DNA of 63,303 nucleotides, counting the filler, from Trichodelitschia bisporula (Eukaryota): NCBI GenBank assembly GCA_010356995.1. It is 9 parts of 5 records of this genome, joined end to end, with 100 filler letters (N's around TTAATTAATTAA, not from the genome) between each part and the next. Parts side by side here need not be neighbours in the genome. Positions count along the whole stretch, not along the records: positions 1 to 1,937 come from ML996687.1; positions 2,038 to 3,273 come from ML996687.1; positions 3,374 to 8,131 come from ML996690.1; positions 8,232 to 28,155 come from ML996690.1; 5 more parts are not named here. One strand, given 5' to 3'. This document shows positions 1 to 11,406 of the stretch, piece after piece. The notes beneath the pieces were generated by a model that worked only from the letters and a program-made list of their open reading frames with translations, had not been told where the DNA came from and searched no databases. Positions within the stretch are counted from its first letter, which is position 1, and every line of letters begins with the position of its first letter. Position numbers and translations under genes: made by a program.

Positions 1-354
1 CTGGCATGCTACATTGCTAGTATCACGCCCGATATATGCGTCAAACACGAAGGTAAACTAGCTCCAAGGCATACCGAAGTTCTCCGAGTTCTTCAGCATA
101 TATTTACGCGTAGTGCTTTATGTGTGCTCTGATGCGTCGTGTGGTGGATGGAAGTCAAATTGGCCTAGCGTGGGCCAATAGGAGGCCGAGGACGTGGGCT
201 GCAACCACGGGGTTGACATCTCTCACATCTTTCACATCACTATCTACGTCACCTAAATCACCCACGCACGTACACACCTCATCTCTCGTCTCTCACATCA
301 CATCTTGTCTCTGACACCACTTCGCCACCCACACATATACCAGCCAATCACAAC

Positions 355-826
355 TTGCGGCGAAGGACTCGAGATGGCAGACAGTCTGTTCTTATCAACT
401 CTCAGCCGTATCAAATCCCGTGCTCAGCGTTGGAGTGGTGCCAGGATGTTCAGCGTCGCAGCTACCCTCATCTCGCACGCATGGCGATCAATGTGCTCTC
501 GGCACCTTCCTCGGCAGACGAGAACGAGCGGGTGCTTTCAGGTAGCAGGCGGACGATCTCATGGGAGAGAGCTAGCATCAGTCCTGAGCATGTAGGCATG
601 TCTGAGTGTATGGTTAGCTGGCAGCGTACAGGCCTGATCTCGAGCATCTTCGTAGCTGGTGATGATGGTGAGGGTAAAGGTGCTCCGCAGAGCTCACGTG
701 ATGAATCATGTGACACGGATTGTTGATATATCATGATAGTATCAAGTATGTATTACCGAGTAGCCTGTAAGTGATACTAATCCAATACAGGCCAGATATC
801 GTATGTATTCATTATTAAAAGCTCTG
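355..826 (+). mobile_element. hAT DNA transposon 3' end: transposase C-terminal dimerization domain remnant plus probable right terminus
   Basis: ORF 355-726 reads W..YPHLARMAINVLSAPSSSADENERVLSGSRRTISWER..ECMVSW, matching the Dimer_Tnp_hAT pattern. An AT-rich subterminal tract ends ...AAAGCTCTG at 826 (CAGAG on the minus strand, Restless-like). Confidence 0.75.
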
Positions 827-837
827 AATGCGAGTGC

Positions 838-918
838 GTCCATACCGGGGAAAAGCCGTTTGCCTGTGAATGTGGCCAGAAATTTTACCAACGTGGGAAC
901 CTCGCCATCCACAAGCGA
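838..918 (+). pseudogene. C2H2 zinc-finger gene fragment
   Basis: Translates as VHTGEKPFACECGQKFYQRGNLAIHKR (HTGEKPF linker). It sits just after the hAT end and has a near-identical copy at 28731-28784 (-). Confidence 0.7.
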
Positions 919-1165
919 AGTATCATGAGTATCGGAAGGGTCATATCTCAATTAAGCGGGGGCGCCTGTTAGGACCCCTGTTCCGTCTCTGCAGCGTCAC
1001 CTCTGCCTGAACGTGACTCAGGCAACGCTACCCCGCACTCCGATTATCGCGTGGGGTGACTGGCAGTGGCGCAGGTGGCGACTGGGCTGGTGGCACGGGT
1101 GAAGTTGGTGGCGCGGGTGGAGTTGGTGGCGCGGAGGAGATAGTGGCGCGGGTGGAGGTGGCGCT
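913..1165 (-). repeat. Copy of the ~400-bp duplicated spacer (also at 8232-8630 and 28256-28650), ending in an 18-bp GGTGGCGCGGGTGGAGTT minisatellite
   Basis: The reverse complement aligns with the starts of the contigs at 8232 and 28256, both of which begin inside this minisatellite. Confidence 0.85.
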
Positions 1166-1651
1166 CAAGAATCAGGCTCTCCGTGTAGGGTCTCGGATGA
1201 CATACACAGGATTATCACCCTAGCATCCTAGCATAGCTTCACGTCTTTATCAATGGAGGCTAATGAGAGGACATGGTGTACGTGACTGTCTCCCTTTTCC
1301 GGCTTGGACCAGGTTGAGCTAGGGCCTGGCCCCGTCTTCGTCAACGCTCTGCACGACGAAAGAAGCTGGGAGTGGCAAACTTTGAATACAGCCACCACAT
1401 TTCATCATATCTTCTCTGCGTTATGAAGAAATGGTTAATTCCAGATACTTCCAGATCCACAATGTATTGAAGCTATTACATCACTGATGGCGATATTTTC
1501 ATTCGTCATTGCTACTATTTGTAATTGGAGGATTCGATTTCAAAGCTGTCCCATTTCAATACGTAATTCATTGCCACTTTCGCTCTAAAAAAAAGGTATA
1601 AAAAGACAATGGTCGCAACGGAGGTGGGTGGGGAGGAGGTTAAGAGACGCT

Positions 1652-1937
1652 TCAGCGATTGAATTCCATGCACAGCACTCGACCAGACGAATACCCGAAG
1701 CCAATCTTATCCCCGTGAATGGCGACGGCCTCCGGCCTGCGATACTCGACTGGAAGCCAAAGAAGTTCTTCCGCGCCTATGATTATCCATTCCCCGACAA
1801 TTCTGAAACGTGGAGGATCCGATCCGGAACCTGGCGACTGCTTGCCGTCCAGCGAGAAGGCCACGGCGTTGATATCCGACTGGCCCTCGAGCGTCTGCAG
1901 CGCCTTTCCCGAGCCGGCGTCCCACAGCCTGACCGTC
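1652..1937 (-). CDS. 3' end of an HNWD-type NLR (last WD40 repeat and C-terminal tail); partial, cut by gap
   Basis: [55 protein letters not shown]. Positions 1880-1937 match the WD40 repeat at 28098-28154. Confidence 0.85.
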
Positions 1938-2037
1938 NNNNNNNNNNNNNNNNNNNNNNNNNNNNNNNNNNNNNNNNNNNNTTAATTAATTAANNNNNNN
2001 NNNNNNNNNNNNNNNNNNNNNNNNNNNNNNNNNNNNN
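1938..2037. other. Assembly spacer (N44-TTAATTAATTAA-N44); also at 3274-3373, 8132-8231, 28156-28255, 37837-37936, 39095-39194, 59722-59821, 62046-62145
   Basis: Identical 100-nt artificial linker with stops in all six frames. Confidence 0.99.
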
Positions 2038-2347
2038 GGGGAGCGCGCATACCCATCCTATTGTGTATTCCTGGGCCTGCAGTTGGCGTTGCCTCCGAGC
2101 CGAAGTCGTGTGCGTATGAGACAGCTGGACAGTATCAGTCGATTTGGATTCGATGTCTGTGGAGCTTTAGGCGGGCCACGCCGACCGAACCTACCTTCTC
2201 GGCCAGTTGCTGTTTGTCGCTCGGCAAGTCAACATCCTCGAACGCAACATCCTCGCTGGAAGACGAGGCTCTGTTCCCGGATGACGAGATCTTCAGCCTC
2301 TTCGACGGCTGGATCAAATCGTCCGGCCCGAGCCTCTTTGACGCCAT
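2038..2347 (-). CDS. 5' end of a PNP_UDP-domain NLR (MASKR leader class); partial
   Basis: MASKRLGPDDLIQPSKRLK..EK, then a GTAGGT..CAG intron, then LSHTHTTSARRQRQLQAQEYTIGWVCALP. Region 2038-3157 duplicates 60888-62045. Confidence 0.8.
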
Positions 2348-3373
2348 CCGCAGAGCTGTACAACTTTTGACGGAGCCGGCAATGCCGTCTTGAGTAAGGC
2401 GGTGATGGTGGAGCAACGGCCCTTGAGAAAGCTGCTAGCGAGGAGGGCTCCTGATTTTGCTCAGCCTCACTGGCTTCGCACTGTACGCGAATTGCGAGAG
2501 ACGGATCATAAAAAGGCATACATACTGATGATGCAGCTGCCTGATCCGACGATAGCAGGAGATGATCTGTACAGACAGCCAGGGAGGAAGGCCAGATGAT
2601 GAGTGAAGCGTGCGTACCGGAATCGAGTGAACGGAGCATGAACGGGAGGGATGTGAGAGCCTTACCCCTCCTTATCGAAGGCCCTGCTTACATACCCATG
2701 CGCCTCTGCAGCCTACATGCATAACATGCATAATGTATGGGGCCCTCCACCAATATCAAGGCTTGGATTCACGGCTGAGAGAACAGACAGCCTGATGGCA
2801 TATGACACTGGCTGCGCGCTCTGCTGCAGCCTGAGGCTGAGCGCTGATGTGGCCTGCGCGCGGAGGCTATGTCCTCAGGCCGGTGGCGGGTCATTGACCC
2901 GGACGTTGTGGTTCTCCTTTTGTTGGTGAGGCGCTTTTGGCACGGCAAATGTGAATGAACAATTGTTTACTTTCTGCTCTCCCCCCCAGCCATCATCTCT
3001 CAGTGGCGCACCGCGGACGGCCCTTTGAAGGGGGCTTGGCGCGACCAGGGCGTTCTCCCTCGACAAACCTCCGCGCCCGCGCATCGACACTTCTTAATTC
3101 TCTTTCCGCCTTCTGCAACAGAAAGTCAGGGCTACCATCGCGTTACCCCATCTTCAAGAGCCCTCCCGCACGCATCGTCGTGCAGCGCACCCATCGCGCC
3201 AACCCCACCACCCGCCATCACGCCCACTGTGCAGGCTGCCAGCGACCCGCATCGCCTGCGCCCGATAACCATCNNNNNNNNNNNNNNNNNNNNNNNNNNN
3301 NNNNNNNNNNNNNNNNNTTAATTAATTAANNNNNNNNNNNNNNNNNNNNNNNNNNNNNNNNNNNNNNNNNNNN

Positions 3374-3565
3374 AGGCGTGATATCGACTGCCGTCCGGGT
3401 CACTTTGATCGCCTCTTCGAGGTCGTCCAGGTTGCCCGTCCGCTTATATCCGCTTTCGAGTGTGTTCCCCAAGTTGTTCAGCCTCTCCGCGAGAGCTGAG
3501 TGGTCGCTAAAAGTGACATCGACTGCCGTCCGCGTCACTTCGATCGCCTCTGCGAGGTCGTCCAT
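3374..3565 (-). CDS. N-terminal TPR repeats of a TPR-CHAT-type gene, copy 3; partial, cut by gap
   Basis: MDDLAEAIEVTRTAVDVTFSDHSALAERLNNLGNTLESGYKRTGNLDDLEEAI. Region 3374-4420 is homologous to 30485-31480. Confidence 0.8.
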
Positions 3566-5786
3566 CCTGTGTCTCCGCTGATGTTGGCTTTCTGGACTGC
3601 TTCCCAAGTTTTCAGCTCCCCTGCGTTGTCTAGATGGCCACAATGTAAGCAAAGAACAGCAGGGCACTCGGGTGTCTCACAGAACAGGTTTAGCACTAGT
3701 AGGAGACAGGCGTGAATCTGGCGAAGAATAGAATGCGATCGCTGCCTTCCCGAAGGCAGCATTCTACCCAGGCTTGGTAACGCCACATGTGATATTAAAC
3801 GTTAGCAGATTATTGGTGAGGGTTGGTTTGCAGCCTGGCAGTTGGGCTTGGTAAGGCCTCTTTTGCGGATAAGCTCTCGTAACGACATGCGGGGCACCGC
3901 CTGCCGCTGCCAAGGGTCGTGGTTTGTGCACTCACCTCCATAATTTCAGCTAGCCATACACCCCGCTCCGTGAGGGTGTCGTGGGATGTGCCGTCCGGGA
4001 TCTATCGCTCCCCAATCACGCTACTCCTGCCTGTCAGGGGCTATGAGCTTCTGAACCTGCCTTGGGCTATGCATTAGGCTGAGCCGTAGGCTCACCCTGG
4101 GCATAGCCTTGTGGTGAAGCCTTGTGGTGAAGCCTTGTAGTGAAGCCTTGAGCTCCGCCCCAGGTGAGGCTGAGGGTGATCTTCGACTGAGGAGCTCAGC
4201 CTTGGACCCCCACCAATTAATACATATGGCTACCACCGTTGGCTCTTGACAGGACAACGATTCGTCTCGTCTTGACCTCTAACCATCTGCTACTTAGCCT
4301 GTCTACAATTCCCACTGTGACAGGAGCATGCAACAGTGTGGAAGTCAAGAAGGGTATAGTACAGGCATGAATAGGTTAGTTCCACAAGGGTCTATCTGGA
4401 GAGCGAGCCACCGGACTCCTGAGTGTGACGGGCTAGCCCGCAGGCATTCGGGAGCTCAGCATGGCTGAGCCGGGCGAGCAGGTTACGGGATACAGCAGGG
4501 TTGAAAGGGCCATCCGCGGGGCGGTACCTTCCCCGCGAAACGTGGCGCCAAGCCTGCACCGCCGCTTTCGAACATCCCGCCTAGCTGAGCGGGATGTTGC
4601 CATTGACGATAAAGGGCCCACGCCTATACCTGTAGTTAGTTTCTCAATTGACCTTTACTGATCCAAAACCGGTGTTCCCTGCGCCCCGGTACACCCCGTG
4701 ACACCTTGTTTCTCAGGCAGACACGAAGTACCGCAGGTGGTACTTCGTGTCTAGCCTCTGATTGGCTGGGCAAAGTCCAGCCCATGGGCTGAACTTTCCC
4801 TTTAGGTCTAAGCGGCTTAGCAGCCAACAGCCCATCCTTCAGGGTGGGTAGTACAACCTAGCTAGATCATCTACACAATCCAACTCACGGTTCTCTCTCC
4901 ACCTTGTTGCTGCGCTCACAACCAGGTGACCGAAGGAAACTACCACACCAGAATGCGATGCAATCAGGCCATCTTCAGCTGATAACGTCCCGTAACATGC
5001 CTCCACAAAGCCTGCAGCCTTGCAGCCCCAGGCCCCCACAGCCGCAGCAATCTGGGCACCCTTGACCTTCACCCAGCGCAGCAACTGCCGCCGCGTGCTC
5101 AGCTCATAACGGGCTACCCCGTCACACAAGAAACCCGCATCGCACCCGCGCACACGTAAAAGTGGGCCATATTGTCACGGGGTGACGACGGGAGTCATGA
5201 ATACACCGCGGTATGGGGAACCAAGAGGTCGATTGAAGAGGAAAACTATGGAGGGGCAAGACTGCGCTTATAAGCTGTAGCCGCGCGAAAGGTTTTCCAG
5301 ATCCGGTATCCACCACGACAACAGGACACTATTAGGGTCCTTTGCCGCGCAATCCGTCTGGTACACCAGGGACGCCGCACTACGGGCCCTGCTGGGGGCT
5401 AGCCTATGACACACATAACCATGCTCACCAAGGGAATCAGGGCGCAAAACCTCTGCCACAAAGCTTGCTGAAAAGCAGGTGGTTCCATGCTTCTAGCCAC
5501 CCCCACAAATGCTTCGGAATGGGTCCGGAGAGGTACACCTTGGAGGTTTTGATGAGATTTTTGCCTATTCACTTCACACTTGTACACTAGCTGGCTAAGA
5601 TGATCTTCATGGACCCCTTTGGGAACCACAACATACTCGAAATACATTGATTATGATGTGCACGTCCTGAACCCTCCAGAGGAAGGTTATGAATTGTGAC
5701 AAAAGAGGAGCTAACAAAACGGTTGAGAATCAAAACAGAAGAGCTACCGTGCTTGCAGCGGGATCCAAAATGTTCCTTGCCACCAT

Positions 5787-6605
5787 TCACGACACAAACA
5801 CATCCGGTCCTATCTGGCATTCGTCGTGTTCTCCCTCCGGGACCGCTGAATCGCTCAAGACTACCTCAACGACATCTTCACCACCTTCCTGAAGGTCTCG
5901 TAGTTTGTCAAACCTTTCCCACCAAGGATCCTTTGAAAGCATGATCTTGTCAATTTTGCTCCTTGAAAACCATCTGGGTTGAACCTTGCGATATTGCACA
6001 GCACAGATCTGCTCGCCTTGCGCGATGAACTGTCCCAGCTCATTTTCCATACGCCCACGAGCGGCAGCAACGCCCGGATCGATTAAGCCCCCCAGCGGAA
6101 TCGCAATGCCAACGGCCATCAGCGCTGCGGAGACTGGTAAAACAACACTACCTCCTGCAGCGCGCTGTTCGCCAGCCTGTTCGATGATACGTGCATCCAA
6201 CACCGTGTGATAGCCGACCACCATGAATATATCTTCTCCTTCGTCCATCTTTCTCTCAAACCACATGCGCGTCGCTGTGTGCTGTAAAGCACCTCTGAAC
6301 CATTCTGTGGCGTTTTTCAGGTAGTATGTCCTGACTTGCGTAGATGTGATCCGCAGAGATGATTTGGTGCGCTTTGAGAAGGAGGCCGAGAGGAAGCTGG
6401 TAAGCTTCGCTGCGAAGCTTTCATCGGTGGTAGAGCCACGAAAGCCCTCGTATTGGCTTTGAATCTTCTCGGCCAGTCCATCGCCGATAACGGAGATAGA
6501 GTCGTGGAAGTCTTGGTGAGGTTCGGCAGTGCTGATGACGAAACGCCCAAGTTGAACGCTGGAGAGAGGGAGGAGGAATTGGGGAAGCAGGAAGCTAACA
6601 GGCAT
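5787..6605 (-). CDS. Fungal gasdermin (HET-Q1/RCD-1-like pore-forming cell-death protein), copy 1, 272 aa
   Basis: Intronless ORF from MPVSFLLP with gasdermin-type motifs in order: QLGRFV..P, a Ser/Thr-rich beta hairpin, IFMVVGYHTV, a Gly/Ala hairpin, ICAVQYRKV, and an acidic ~36-aa tail. It is divergent from a TPR gene. Confidence 0.8.
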   Translation of the reverse strand: MPVSFLLPQFLLPLSSVQLGRFVISTAEPHQDFHDSISVIGDGLAEKIQSQYEGFRGSTTDESFAAKLTSFLSASFSKRTKSSLRITSTQVRTYYLKNATEWFRGALQHTATRMWFERKMDEGEDIFMVVGYHTVLDARIIEQAGEQRAAGGSVVLPVSAALMAVGIAIPLGGLIDPGVAAARGRMENELGQFIAQGEQICAVQYRKVQPRWFSRSKIDKIMLSKDPWWERFDKLRDLQEGGEDVVEVVLSDSAVPEGEHDECQIGPDVFVS

Positions 6606-7962
6606 GATGGAATATTCCGTTCCGTTTTGGCCAAAGAGCCTTGGATCAAGAAGGATTTGAGGAGGAGAACTGGAGACGATAAACTTTATGGTTAGAATTC
6701 CATCGCATGAATGTATCCCGAAGGCTGTTGGGGCTGAAAAGAAGATGTAAGGAATAGGAAGGCTATGTTCGTCCTTGGCTATGGGGCTATCCCCGGAGGC
6801 TGCGTCGGCTGATGAGACGACATAGGGCATAAGAGAGCCGCATCAATCTCCCGGCATAGGGACATTCGTGGGGAGCTGTAAGCAAATGATAGGATACTTC
6901 CACGGTTCCCTAACAGCCGCGCGACGAAGATGCCTTTGACTAGTGTAGACGACAGTACTGAGAATCTCAGCCCAAAACCCGCACAAATCCCGCTCGGGCG
7001 GTGTTGTGGGAGACCGCCGCCGGACCTTGAACTCATTGGCTCCCCACGACCTCCCCACGCAGCTGCTGCCACGTCACGCCAGCCTCCCCACTCCTCGCAC
7101 TCCGCCGTGTCTCAGGCGGACGGCAGCGCGACCTGCTCAAGAGTCCGGTGGCTCGCTCTCCAGATAGACCTTTATGGAACTAACCTATTCATGCCTGCAC
7201 CATACCCTTCTTGATTTCCATACCGTTGCGCGCTCCTGTCACAGTGGGGATTGTGGACGGGCTGAATAGCAGATGGTCAGAGGTGAAGACGAGACATATC
7301 GTTGTCCTGTCAAGAGCCAACGATCGTAGCCATATGTATTAGTTGGTGGAGATCCAAGGTTGAGCTCCTCAGTCCAAGGATAACCCTCAGCCTGACCTGG
7401 AGTGGAGCTCAAGGCTTCAACACAAGGCTAAGCCTACGGCTCAGCCTTATGCATAGCCCAAGGCAGGATCAGAAGCTCTTAGCCCCTGACAGGCAGGAGT
7501 AGCGTGATTGGGGAGCGATAGATCCCGGACGGCACATCCCACGATACCTTCCGCCCTCACAGAGCAGAGCCTATGGCTCCCTGAAATTATGTAGTGAGTG
7601 CATAAACTACAACTCTTGGTAGCGGCAGGCGGTGCCCCGCATGTCATTACGAGGGTTTATCCGCAAAGGACGCCTTGCCAAGCCCAAGGGTCAGGCTGTA
7701 GGCCAACCCTCACCAATGATCTGCTGACATTCAATATCACATGTGGCGTTACAAAGCCTGGTAGAATGCTGCCTTCGGGAAGGCGGCGATCGCATTCTAT
7801 TCTTCGCCAGATTCACGCCTGTCTCCTACTAGGGCTAAACCTGTTCTGTGAGACACCCGAGTGCCCTGCTGTTCTTTGCTTACATCGTGGCCATCCAGAA
7901 TACGCAGGGGAGCTGAAAACTTGGGAAGCAGTCCAGAAAGCCAACATCAGCGGAGACACAGG

Positions 7963-8131
7963 ATGGACGACCTCGCAGAGGCGATCGAAGTGACGCGGAC
8001 GGCAGTCGAGGTCACGTCTAGCGACCACTCAGCTCTCGCGGAGAGGCTGAACAACTTGGGGAACACACTCGAAAGCGGATATAAGCGGACGGGCAACCTG
8101 GACGACCTCGAAGAGGCGATCAAAGTGACCC
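7963..8131 (+). CDS. N-terminal TPR repeats of a TPR-CHAT-type gene, copy 1; partial, cut by gap
   Basis: Same MDDLAEAIEV..RLNNLGNTLES repeat as the CHAT gene starting at 30676. Region 5432-8131 is an inverted duplicate of 30510-33247. Confidence 0.8.
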
Positions 8132-8853
8132 NNNNNNNNNNNNNNNNNNNNNNNNNNNNNNNNNNNNNNNNNNNNTTAATTAATTAANNNNNNNNNNNNN
8201 NNNNNNNNNNNNNNNNNNNNNNNNNNNNNNNGCGCCACCAACTTCACCCGTGCCACCAGCCCAGTCGCCACCTGCGCCACTGCCTCAGCTCGTCTCCCTT
8301 CCCCCGCCACGGTACAACCCCGCACTTAGCCGCTAGCCACCCCCACTCGGAGAATCGGAGTGCGGGGTAGCGTTGCCTGAGTCACGTTCAGGATGAGGTG
8401 ACGCTGCGGAGACGGAACAAGGGTCCTAACAGGCGCTCCCGCTTAATTGAGATATGACCCTTCCGATACTCATGATACTTCGCTTGCATGTCCAACCGGG
8501 CCAGTTCTGGAGGGGAACCGGGGACAGGCCGAAGACGGGGCGATTTGAGGGAGGCATGGTGGTTCAATGCGGAGGCAGGACGAGCACACGTCACTGCCCA
8601 TCCAAAATCTCTTAACGCGCCAGTAATTTACTCGAGCGGCGCCGCGCCCACCCACCGCTCGACGTAGACACCGAGGCGCAGAACCCGCACCGTACATCCC
8701 AGCTGCTGCATCCCGGCGCCCTCACCGAGTACAGTTCTGCGGGGCTGCCGGCGTTGTCGAGCCGACGGGCCAGCGCCCGCGAGCCGCTCCGGTTGAGCCT
8801 GTTCGACAAGGCTGGTCTCCGACCAGGCCCATGTTGCGCACCACTATTCCGCT

Positions 8854-9396
8854 GTGGCCGAGAAGCCGCAGAAGACGGCCCATGTCGTGATGCCGCCGGT
8901 GCGGCGTGTGTCTACGCCACATGGCAAAGGTCCGCCCCAGGGCGAGACGATTCAGGTGGAGCCGAAGCCCCAGATGACGCCAGCGCCGGACATACTAGGC
9001 AGCATCCGAGTTGACGGCTCGGAAACCGGTCTGGCCTGTCATCCAGGTCCAGCAGCCTGTTCAGGCTCGGCCAACCGTTCGGTCCAGCCTGCTCAGGTTC
9101 GGCCAGTAGTCACGGTCCAGCAGCCCGTGGTTCAGCCAACCGTTCAGATCGGGCCAGCCGTTCAGATCGGGCCAGCCGTTCAGATCGGGCCAGCCGTTCA
9201 GGTTCAAGCTACCCAGGTCCAGCTAGCCGTGGTCCAAAATGTCCAGCCCACTGTTCACCAGACTGCCCAGCCACCCGTCCAGTCAGACGATGAGCCAACA
9301 ATACATGTCAAGCCCCAACGCAAATGCAGACCCGCACGCTCAATGCCGCCGCCGCTGGGGACAACTCCGCGATCCGCGTCAGCATGGCCACGATGA
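8854..9396 (+). CDS. Q/V/P-rich hypothetical ORF with an 18-bp tandem repeat (VQIGPA x3); probably a degenerate gene
   Basis: GTTCAGATCGGGCCAGCC x3 at about 9142-9195. A frameshifted continuation runs to the solo LTR at 9592. Confidence 0.3.
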   Translation: MAEKPQKTAHVVMPPVRRVSTPHGKGPPQGETIQVEPKPQMTPAPDILGSIRVDGSETGLACHPGPAACSGSANRSVQPAQVRPVVTVQQPVVQPTVQIGPAVQIGPAVQIGPAVQVQATQVQLAVVQNVQPTVHQTAQPPVQSDDEPTIHVKPQRKCRPARSMPPPLGTTPRSASAWPR

Positions 9397-9591
9397 GTAC
9401 CAGGAATTCCCCGACGTCGACGCACGGGTGGTGGAAGAGGCGCGCAAACGCCCACGCCACGATGCGCTGGAGCTGAGCATCGACCAGCGCGAAAAGGCCG
9501 ACGCCGCGGAGCGCGACGACCCCGCGTACTTGATCCAGGGCCCGGGCGACGAGGGCGACCCGCCGATGCTCGCCGAGGTGCTGCAGGTACG

Positions 9592-9765
9592 TGTTAAGAG
9601 GGGATGTGTGATCAATGGAAGCATCACAGCATCATAAGTTGGACCAAAGGTCTGTCCATGAACAAGTTGCTCAATTGTCAAAGAGATGGGGATCCCGAGT
9701 CTACTTATACTCGAGCCCTGTGGCTGAAACTGGGTGAGGCTGAACACAGCCACCGCATTCCAACA
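9592..9765 (+). mobile_element. Solo LTR, family A (174 bp)
   Basis: TGTT...AACA ends; homologous to 13319-13492 and 39873-40046. No clean TSD (GTACG vs GAAGC). Confidence 0.85.
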
Positions 9766-11406
9766 GAAGCGTACGTCGGGGATCCCATCCCGAAGGCCTT
9801 CTCGATAAGCGGGCGGATAACCTCTACGCCCGGGACCGATTGCTGATACGCGGTCAATCGGGCCGAGGAAACGTTGCTGTAGCCACGGTCGGTAGAAGCA
9901 TACCCGTTCCTTCCGTCCCCCGACTCGTGGTCGCCCTCGCTACTCCATTCCGTTTTCTCAAGCCCTCGCCGGAGTGGCTGCTTAACGTGGTTGTGTACGT
10001 GTGGACAGGGGAGGAGAGGATGCGCAAAAGCTCAAGCTGGTACAGTTCCCCTGTACGCTTGGTGATGACGAGTGCCGTCAAGGTAACTCCGCAATGATTG
10101 ACTCCCCAATGGAAATCTGCCGCGGTATACTAAATGTTTGAAGCACGGGGCTTGCGCTTAAGGAGCGTCTTGCGGAAACGTTGATGACTGCGGGGGCCTC
10201 GAATTCATGGAAGTTTGCGAGCTCTTTGTGATCGGGTGGCTCCCCGGCCACCTTGCTAAACAGATGAGGATTTACGTGTTCGCGGCGCTTGCAAAAGCTT
10301 CCTGAGCTTTCTTACAGGAGGCCTTTCCAGGCTGGTGACGCAGTAACCAAACAAGGGGCTCCGCAGAGGCGCTGCTGCAGATGTACGGCTCCGGGGGCAC
10401 GCTGAAAGAGCGTTGCGGAAAACTGAAAGCGTGAACCTGAGAGGTTAAAAAGGGAGAACCCTGAGCTTGGGAAATCCTAAGCGAGCGGAAGCGAGCAATT
10501 TTATATTTATCCCCTTCAACAAACAGTATTACAGGATGCGGCATGCGCATTGAGCGCGGTAGCGGTAAAGGTAGAGAGATGCATGCGGAGGAGAGAGGGC
10601 AGCTCTCTCCGAGTCAGACCTCTCTATCCGCCCGTCACTTTGATTCCTCTGCACGCCGGGCGCAGCCCGGTGGCGCGCAGGCTTGGGCAGATGGAGTGAG
10701 ACCAGGCAAAGCCTCAAGCTGCCCACGTACGCCCGCCCTTGCGGTCGTGGGCAGGAGGAGTGAGATCCAAGGCTTCAAATGCGGTTTGCTTTGGGAGTCT
10801 TAGCGCAGTTGAACTATTCAATTCACGTCTCTGAAGGTTGTTTCTGTAGCAACAAGCAGATTGTCAGCATCGCATGAATTCCACTCCGCTGTATGCCCAT
10901 AACGGTGGGCGGACGCCGGCGGGGTAAGTAAAGCCAGTTAGAAGTCAAACCGTCTCCCCCCGCTTACGCCCATGGACCGGAGCGAACGGGCGAAACAGAC
11001 GGATGAAGAGATGTGCCTCGAGGCTATCTGTGTACCTAGCAGTGTTCCACGAGCAGGTCGGGGCTATAACATAGAGAAGCGCAGTGCTTTCTAGGCTGGG
11101 AAGGGATGTAATGGCGTAGTAAACATGCACGTGTTCTTACCGGAACGGAAACACAGTGACAAAAGCAGGAGTACCATATCATCACACCCGATCATGGATA
11201 TCAGACAAGAGATCGTAGCTCAACGAGCTCACAAAGATATTGCCAAGACGCAGAAAGTAACGACATAGTCATAGCTTTCACTCATTCACTCATTCTGCCC
11301 ATAAAGCTAATTGTAAACGTTCTGGAATTGTTTTCCCTCCAATTCCCCCGATCCCCTATCCTACCCCTACCTACCACCACTCTTCCACCTTTCGCAGTCT
11401 TCAACT

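Noticed and set aside
1982..1993. Recurrent TTAATTAATTAA palindrome within N runs
   Set aside because: Artificial gap linker; ORFs ending in X..LIN are artefacts of it.
4430..5430. Unique 1-kb spacer between TPR copy 3 and gasdermin copy 1 as a transposon
   Set aside because: No TIR, LTR, TSD or recognisable coding motif found.
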